Below, piece by piece: positions 26,470 to 31,637 of a DNA stretch of 31,637 bases. This stretch comes from a virus (Duplodnaviria > Caudoviricetes). Position 1 is the first letter of the stretch, and every line of letters begins with the position of its first letter. The stretch lies in the IMG/VR virus record IMGVR_UViG_3300020044_002565, positions 1 through 31,637 of that record. One strand, given 5' to 3'. Both the position numbers and the translations under genes were made by a program. The notes under the pieces were generated by a model. The model was not told where the DNA came from, made no database searches, and was given only the letters and a program-made list of their open reading frames with translations.

Positions 26470-26976
26470 ATGAAGGACGAAAAAACACTTGAACGTATTA
26501 AATTACTTCACCCTAAATTAAGGGACGAAGCAACTGAAATGTACGACGAAATTATTGCTGCGCTTACAGGATTTGCAGCGTGTCGTTTTGCTTACACATT
26601 AAGAACATTCGCAGAACAGGACGCATTATATGCGCAAGGGCGTTCTAAGCCGGGCGCAATTGTAACAAATGCAAAAGGCGGTCAATCATATCATAACTAC
26701 GGTTTGGCAATAGATATTGTTTTATTGTTGGATACAGATAAAAACGGTAGCTTTGAAACTGCAAGTTGGGATACCAAAACAGATTTTGACAAAGACGGAA
26801 AATCAGATTGGCTTGAAATTGTCAATATTTTTAAAAGGTACGGTTATGAATGGGGTGGTGATTGGAAGTTTTTAGATTTGCCACACTTTCAAAAAACATT
26901 CGGAAAATCAATAAAAGAACTGCAACTATTGCATTCACAAAATAAAGTTGACAAAAACGGATTCGTACTAATTTAA
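26470..26976 (+). CDS. Endolysin, peptidase M15 family (L-Ala-D-Glu type)
   Basis: RTFAEQ..LYAQGR, SYHNYGLAID, WGGDW..DLPHFQ. Confidence 0.93.
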   Translation: MKDEKTLERIKLLHPKLRDEATEMYDEIIAALTGFAACRFAYTLRTFAEQDALYAQGRSKPGAIVTNAKGGQSYHNYGLAIDIVLLLDTDKNGSFETASWDTKTDFDKDGKSDWLEIVNIFKRYGYEWGGDWKFLDLPHFQKTFGKSIKELQLLHSQNKVDKNGFVLI

Positions 26977-26983
26977 ACCAAAT

Positions 26984-27730
26984 ATGACAAACACAAACCT
27001 AAAAACAAAACGCCGCAGACTATTTTTTGACATTGAAACTTCACCCAATATTGGTTTATTTTGGGAAGCCGGCTATAAAAAGAATATAGATTATTCAAAC
27101 ATAATTCAAGAACGTGCTATTATTTGTATCTGTTATAAGTGGGAAGATGAAAAAGAAGTTTATTCGCTTAATTGGGACGCTAAACAGAATGACAAACGAA
27201 TGCTTCAACAGTTCATTGAAGTTGCAAATATGGCTAACGAAATGGTCGGTCACAATGGGGACAAATTTGACTTGGCTTGGATACGAACAAGGTGTTTGTT
27301 TCACGGTATATCAATGTTTCCTAAATATACAACCATTGATACGTTAAAAGTTGCCCGTCAAAAGTTTAGATTTAATTCTAACAGGTTGAATTACATAGCT
27401 GATTTTTTAGGTTTAGGTCAGAAAATTAAAACAGAATATAGTCTTTGGAAGGATATACTTTTGCGCAAAGACAAAGTTGCAATGGAAGCAATGATAAAAT
27501 ATTGCAAAAAAGACGTTGTTTTGCTTGAAAAAGTTTTTAAATTGTTAAACAATCATATTGAACCAAAAACGCATTATGGCGTTATATTTGGCGAAGACAG
27601 GGGAACGTGTCCCGAATGTGGGTCAGACGATTTGACAAAGAACAATAAAGTCGTAACTGCAACAGGGTTAACGCGAATTCAATACAAGTGCAAAACTTGT
27701 AATAAATATCATTCTAAAACCGACAAATAA
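26984..27730 (+). CDS. DEDD/RNase H-like 3'-5' exonuclease with C-terminal Zn ribbon
   Basis: FDIET, HNGDKFD, YCKKDV, and CPECG...CKTC. Confidence 0.88.
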   Translation: MTNTNLKTKRRRLFFDIETSPNIGLFWEAGYKKNIDYSNIIQERAIICICYKWEDEKEVYSLNWDAKQNDKRMLQQFIEVANMANEMVGHNGDKFDLAWIRTRCLFHGISMFPKYTTIDTLKVARQKFRFNSNRLNYIADFLGLGQKIKTEYSLWKDILLRKDKVAMEAMIKYCKKDVVLLEKVFKLLNNHIEPKTHYGVIFGEDRGTCPECGSDDLTKNNKVVTATGLTRIQYKCKTCNKYHSKTDK

Positions 27731-27934
27731 ATGAGCAAAATCCTATATACTATTATTGACGATTTATTGGCGCGTGAAGACAAAGGAATAAAAGAATACG
27801 GCAAAACAATGGACAGAATGGATTTGACCGAATTGGATTGGTTGCAGAACGCCTATGAAGAAGCTTTGGATTTAAGCATTTACTTAAAAAAACTTATAAA
27901 TATTAAAAAGAATGAAAATGCCAAAAGGTTTTAA
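27731..27934 (+). CDS. Small all-alpha protein, possibly NTP pyrophosphohydrolase-like
   Basis: GIKEYG.TMDR.DL...WLQNAYEEALD. Confidence 0.5.
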   Translation: MSKILYTIIDDLLAREDKGIKEYGKTMDRMDLTELDWLQNAYEEALDLSIYLKKLINIKKNENAKRF

Positions 27935-28100
27935 TAAATGGACGCTTCAACAACAAGAAGAATTTTTTATTAAAAAGCTTCAGGAATTATACGATATTGA
28001 AAGCGATTTGAAAAGGAATTTGGCAAAGATTCGCGGGGGAAATAGATTGAATTTTAATGAAATAGAACGTCCTGACGAAATCCTTTTAAAAGGTTTATAA
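27912..28100 (+). CDS. Hypothetical protein
   Basis: 62-aa ORF coupled to its neighbours. Confidence 0.65.
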   Translation: MKMPKGFNKWTLQQQEEFFIKKLQELYDIESDLKRNLAKIRGGNRLNFNEIERPDEILLKGL

Positions 28101-28360
28101 TGGAAGAACAAAAACCACATACTGAACCTGAAGTTTCTGAAGAAGCCATTGAATGGGAAGAAGCAGAAACAACCACACGCGGTGATTTAATAAGCTGCGC
28201 ATATTACGCATACAGTACAGTTGAAGATATTGATTTGACTTTGCTTTCAAAAATAGAAGCAAATAAAATACGTCGTATTAGAAGACAATCATTAGACATT
28301 ATTGCCGAAGTTATTGGCGAAATGCACGCCGAAATATTTGATTTAGGCGAAGAAGACTAA
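28100..28360 (+). CDS. Acidic hypothetical protein
   Basis: 86-aa ORF with TAATG coupling. Confidence 0.7.
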   Translation: MEEQKPHTEPEVSEEAIEWEEAETTTRGDLISCAYYAYSTVEDIDLTLLSKIEANKIRRIRRQSLDIIAEVIGEMHAEIFDLGEED

Positions 28361-28390
28361 AATTTTTAGTAACTAAATTATTTAGCAATT

Positions 28391-28420
28391 ACCGTTCATC
28401 ATTTTATTTAACCGTTCGTC
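28391..28420 (+). promoter_or_regulatory. LytTR-type direct repeat (ACCGTTCATC-N10-ACCGTTCGTC)
   Basis: 20-bp period. The second unit equals the AlgR site ACCGTTCGTC. Confidence 0.65.
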
Positions 28421-28428
28421 ACTATTTA

Positions 28429-28460
28429 TTTGGTTGGTATGTGTATAACCTGTATATTTG
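28429..28460 (+). promoter_or_regulatory. Early promoter 2, Bacteroidota primary-sigma type
   Basis: TTTG (28429-32), N20, TATATTTG (28453-60). Confidence 0.85.
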
Positions 28461-28505
28461 TTGTATAATAGTTCTTTATTTATTCATTCATTAAAACCAA
28501 CACAA

Positions 28506-28694
28506 ATGAAAAATGAAACAATGAGTTTCAAAGAAATTCAAAAGCTTTGGAATTCACAACACTTTCTTGAAAGGCTTGTATTCTTGATGAACAAATTAAA
28601 AGTTTTACAAGATGAAGCTGAAAATTTATCAGAATTAGAGTTTAAAAAACTTCCTGATAATTACAAGGTTCAAATTTATCAAGTATTAAATTAA
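28506..28694 (+). CDS. Early hypothetical protein
   Basis: First ORF after early promoter 2. ATG at 28506. Confidence 0.7.
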   Translation: MKNETMSFKEIQKLWNSQHFLERLVFLMNKLKVLQDEAENLSELEFKKLPDNYKVQIYQVLN

Positions 28695-28700
28695 AAAAAT

Positions 28701-28722
28701 CAGGGGTGCGCCTGTAACGCAC
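28701..28722 (+). ncRNA. Conserved cis RNA element (candidate H-type pseudoknot), copy 2
   Basis: CAGG/CCTG and GTGCG/CGCAC interleaved stems. Confidence 0.6.
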
Positions 28723-28729
28723 AATTTTT

Positions 28730-28942
28730 ATGACTATAACAAACGAAACAATTGGCGAATTGTATTTAAGAAACACAAACCGCGCCGCAGATTATGCAGG
28801 TGCTTTGGGGTTCAGTCGTGGAACTTTAAATTTAATTTTAAAGTATGTCAAAGAAAATGACATTGAACGTATTGAAAGCCTTGCACACGAAGCATTAGAA
28901 GAAATTGAAAACGTATTTATTAAACATCAAATAAATTTATAA
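28730..28942 (+). CDS. Early hypothetical protein
   Basis: 70-aa ORF. Confidence 0.75.
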   Translation: MTITNETIGELYLRNTNRAADYAGALGFSRGTLNLILKYVKENDIERIESLAHEALEEIENVFIKHQINL

Positions 28943-29196
28943 TGAATCATTTACACGAATTAGACAAACTTCGTAACAATGTTAGTTACTGCGAATGGCT
29001 TTTTGATATTAGCACCGCATCAAATGCACGTAAAAGGTTGGAAATGGTAAAAAATGCACGTCAAGATTTAAAGGAATTTAAAGCAAAGTATTTTCCGCAT
29101 TTATTAGTTCAGCCAAAAAGCAATTTTCCAAAAGAACCTTTTGTGCCAATGTCAACTTGGTCAGAAAAATTTGAAGAATACGGAGATATGTATTAA
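28942..29196 (+). CDS. Early hypothetical protein
   Basis: 84-aa ORF with TAATG coupling. Confidence 0.75.
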   Translation: MNHLHELDKLRNNVSYCEWLFDISTASNARKRLEMVKNARQDLKEFKAKYFPHLLVQPKSNFPKEPFVPMSTWSEKFEEYGDMY

Positions 29197-29219
29197 ATTT
29201 ATAAACCTAAAACAAACCT

Positions 29220-29840
29220 ATGAAATTAGTAAAAATTCAGGCGGAATTAAAAGCGCCCAAAGGACAATTAAACAAATTCGGCAATTACCGTTACCGCAGC
29301 GCCGAAGATATTATTGAAGCGGTAAAACCAATACTGCACAAAAACGGTTGCGCGTTAATTATAACCGACGAAATTGTGCAGGTTGCTGACCGTGTTTATG
29401 TAAAAGCGACGGCGGCAATATTTGACCAAGACAATATTGACTTTCAATTTACTGCGCACGGTTGGGCGCGTGAAGAAGAAGTAAAAAAAGGAATGGACGC
29501 CGCACAAATAACCGGGTCAGCTTCTTCTTATGCCCGCAAATATGCGCTAAACGGACTGTTTGCAATTGACGATACCAAAGACGCAGATGCAACAAACGAA
29601 CATAAAGACGAAGTCGGGAATGACAAACGTTTATATTTGTTAACTTTGTTGGAATCCACTACATACGACGAACAGGCAAAAGAAAAGTTGGCTATTCGTA
29701 TTGAAGCATTAACAACAAAAGAATCATACGACAAAGCTTTATTAAACCTGCAATTAAACCAAATACAGGACAAAGACCGTATTGCAATGGGTATGAATTA
29801 CAATCAAACAGACATTAAGAAAACAACAAAAACAAAATAA
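29220..29840 (+). CDS. erf: ERF-family single-strand annealing recombinase
   Basis: NKFGNYRYRSAEDI..AVKP and AQITGSASSYARKYALNGLF.IDD.KDAD. Confidence 0.9.
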   Translation: MKLVKIQAELKAPKGQLNKFGNYRYRSAEDIIEAVKPILHKNGCALIITDEIVQVADRVYVKATAAIFDQDNIDFQFTAHGWAREEEVKKGMDAAQITGSASSYARKYALNGLFAIDDTKDADATNEHKDEVGNDKRLYLLTLLESTTYDEQAKEKLAIRIEALTTKESYDKALLNLQLNQIQDKDRIAMGMNYNQTDIKKTTKTK

Positions 29841-30235
29841 TGCGCGAATATACCATTGAAGAATTAACGAACAAAGCGGAACGAATGTTGGACTTTTTAC
29901 AGAAGCCATTACCTAAAAACGATACGCCTGATTATCACGATTCATTAATTAAACGTTTAGATACTTTAAATATTGCAATGACACAATCAGGTGAATACAG
30001 AACCGCCGCAGAATATAAAATTGAATGCGTTATTGACGGGGAAATTGGCGACAAAATAGGTGAAATAATGGACGGCAAACTTGCAACGTCAACTGTCAAT
30101 ATGTGGATAAAAAGCAAGGCGCGTGAATGGTCAAGATTAAAGAACGCATTTGACAGAATAAACGCTTCTTCAGTTCACCAAATAGACGCAATTCGTTCAA
30201 TTCTTAGTTGGGAAAAAGCCAAAATAAACCTATAA
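29840..30235 (+). CDS. Hypothetical helical protein
   Basis: 131-aa ORF coupled to erf. Confidence 0.75.
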   Translation: MREYTIEELTNKAERMLDFLQKPLPKNDTPDYHDSLIKRLDTLNIAMTQSGEYRTAAEYKIECVIDGEIGDKIGEIMDGKLATSTVNMWIKSKAREWSRLKNAFDRINASSVHQIDAIRSILSWEKAKINL

Positions 30236-30238
30236 AAA

Positions 30239-30454
30239 ATGAATCAAGAAACCTATCAAGATTACGAAAATGGAATGCAAAATTTGCTTCCAATGGAACG
30301 TCAAATGTTATTAGCAAAAGTTTACCATTATTGTTGGTATTCACCCGAAGCTTATCAGGAACTAAGCGCATACCTTGCAAAATGGGAAAATGAATGTGAA
30401 TTTAAAGCAGTATTTTTTAATCAGGAATCAGAAGATTCCACAAACCAAATATAA
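30239..30454 (+). CDS. Hypothetical protein
   Basis: 71-aa ORF. Confidence 0.7.
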   Translation: MNQETYQDYENGMQNLLPMERQMLLAKVYHYCWYSPEAYQELSAYLAKWENECEFKAVFFNQESEDSTNQI

Positions 30455-30455
30455 A

Positions 30456-30689
30456 ATGTCAGAAGTAAAAAAAGAATCAATCGGTGCTTGGAAACGTACA
30501 ACACCAAAGGGCGAAGTAATTAATTTCACAATAAACGGTCAACGTTATAATATGTGGGTAAATGGTTATAAAGATAAACCTGCGCAACCTGACTTCAAAA
30601 TATATGAAGACAATTACGTTGCACCAACAGATACAAAACCACAGTCAAAACCGGATTTTAAACCATTGTCAGAAGACGATTTATTTTAA
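30456..30689 (+). CDS. Small putative ssDNA-binding protein
   Basis: IGAWK...N.YK....QPDFKI fold and SSB-like acidic tail EDDLF. ATG at 30456. Confidence 0.6.
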   Translation: MSEVKKESIGAWKRTTPKGEVINFTINGQRYNMWVNGYKDKPAQPDFKIYEDNYVAPTDTKPQSKPDFKPLSEDDLF

Positions 30690-30691
30690 TT

Positions 30692-31123
30692 ATGAATGAA
30701 GAACTTAAAAACGAATTGGTGCAATGTTATAAAAACAGTTTATCAAGCTTAAAAATGATTCATAAAACGTTAGTAAGTGCGAAAGTTATAACAGAAGATT
30801 TTGCAGTTAGTAAAGGCGCAACAGACATTAAACCGCACAGATTGATTGAATTAGTACAGGACGTATTTGAAGCAGACGTTTTGGCTAAGAATAGGAAACA
30901 GGGTACAATCTTTGCGCGTAAAGCAAGTGCATATATTTTAAGGAAATATACACAATTGTCTTTGAACGAAATTGCGCCTTTAATTGGGGTCGGTGACCAT
31001 ACAACAGTTATTTACAATATTCAAACTGCTTCAGATTTAATTGACACAGAAGATTGGTACAAAGAAAAAATTGACCAAATTGAAGAAGATATTGAAAGTT
31101 TTAATAACTTTGTAAGGAAATAA
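30692..31123 (+). CDS. Stand-alone DnaA C-terminal (domain IV) HTH protein
   Basis: KNRKQ...ARK.SAYILRKYTQLSLNEIA..IG.GDHTTVIY matches the DnaA signature. No AAA+ domain. Confidence 0.8.
   Translation: MNEELKNELVQCYKNSLSSLKMIHKTLVSAKVITEDFAVSKGATDIKPHRLIELVQDVFEADVLAKNRKQGTIFARKASAYILRKYTQLSLNEIAPLIGVGDHTTVIYNIQTASDLIDTEDWYKEKIDQIEEDIESFNNFVRK
31105..31112 (+). promoter_or_regulatory. Bacteroidota -7 promoter element for the replication operon
   Basis: TAACTTTG just upstream of the structured leader. Confidence 0.6.
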
Positions 31124-31128
31124 GTAAA

Positions 31129-31216
31129 TGCGTTATGCAACAACGCAGTATCAAATATATTGGGTCAAGGGTTTTACAGGTAGTTGCATTGCCTGTTTGC
31201 CTGCGACCCTTTTTTT
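31129..31216 (+). ncRNA. Kissing-loop, terminator-like leader RNA of the replication initiator
   Basis: Hairpin loops ATGCAAC and GTTGCAT are perfectly complementary. The second hairpin ends in T7. Confidence 0.7.
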
Positions 31217-31219
31217 ATT

Positions 31220-31637
31220 ATGGCAATATTTAGAAAAATACACGTCAGCTTTTGGAAGGACGAATTCATTGAAAGTCTGACACCTGAACAGAAGTTTTTT
31301 TATTTGTATTTAATGACAAATGACCGGACAACGCAATGCGGCATTTATGAAATTACAATAAAACAAATGTGTTATGATACAGGGTACAATGAAGACACAA
31401 TTAAAAAGCTAATTGAATTCTTTACAAAATGCGGTAAAATTCAGTATTCTTTGGCTACAAAAGAAATTGCAATGAAGAATTGGCTGAAATACAATGATTC
31501 AACTTCACCAAAGGTAAAATCCTGCATAAACAAAGAACTTCTGAAGGTAAAAGATAGAGTATTGATACAGTATGCATACAGTATGGATACACATACGCAA
31601 GAAGAAGAAGAAGAAGAACAAGAAGAAGAACAAGAAA
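31220..31637 (+). CDS. Replication initiator, N-terminal part (not in ORF track; runs off the window end into 86-357)
   Basis: MAIFRKIHVSFWKD...EQKFFYLYLMTN..TTQCGIYEI, a winged-helix replisome-organiser-type N-terminus. Confidence 0.85.
   Translation, partial: MAIFRKIHVSFWKDEFIESLTPEQKFFYLYLMTNDRTTQCGIYEITIKQMCYDTGYNEDTIKKLIEFFTKCGKIQYSLATKEIAMKNWLKYNDSTSPKVKSCINKELLKVKDRVLIQYAYSMDTHTQEEEEEEQEEEQE
31553..31637 (+). repeat. Terminal direct repeat, right copy
   Basis: Matches 1-85 at 81 of 85 positions. Confidence 0.95.

Noticed and set aside
28364-28385. Overlapping palindromes TTTAGT-A-ACTAAA and CTAAAT-T-ATTTAG upstream of early promoter 2
   Set aside because: Could be an operator, but it is short, AT-rich and single-copy, so chance cannot be excluded.
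646-30117. All minus-strand ORFs in the track (for example 15597-16106, 17168-17539, 22834-23199)
   Set aside because: They are antisense shadows of well-supported + strand genes, with no recognisable motifs or promoters.
11347-30393. Alternative-frame + strand ORFs (11347, 16335, 27114, 30208)
   Set aside because: They are nested in or straddle stronger genes, with no slippery site or initiation signal noticed.
1-31637. tRNAs, integrase/repressor, alternative genetic code
   Set aside because: No cloverleaf or recombinase motifs were recognised, and genes tile the genome intact under the standard code.

Overview
The window is an essentially complete, circularly permuted tailed dsDNA phage genome (siphovirus-like). 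The unit length is about 31,552 bp, because bases 31553-31637 repeat bases 1-85 with 4 mismatches. All credible genes are on the + strand and I recognise no integrase or CI-type repressor. TTTG-N20/21-TAnnTTTG promoters and A-rich, Shine-Dalgarno-free start regions point to a Bacteroidota host. Gene order: replication initiator (split across the ends, with iterons), VRR-NUC, phage sigma factor, acetyltransferase plus two glycosyltransferases, HNH/terminases, early island 1, tail genes (with a -1 frameshift chaperone), tape measure, protease/scaffold/capsid, tail tube, portal, tail fibre, lysis, exonuclease, and early island 2 (ERF, SSB-like, DnaA domain IV protein). The most striking signal is non-coding. 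(1) Both early promoters share one architecture: a LytTR/AlgR-type direct repeat, a DnaA-box-like 9-mer in the spacer, and a conserved small RNA pseudoknot after the first gene. (2) The 3' UTRs of two tail genes are antisense to start-codon regions of early genes. (3) A kissing-loop, terminator-like leader precedes the replication gene. (4) A CTATTTA-N5-ATG motif suggests leaderless late promoters. Product calls come from motif recognition by eye, not database searches.
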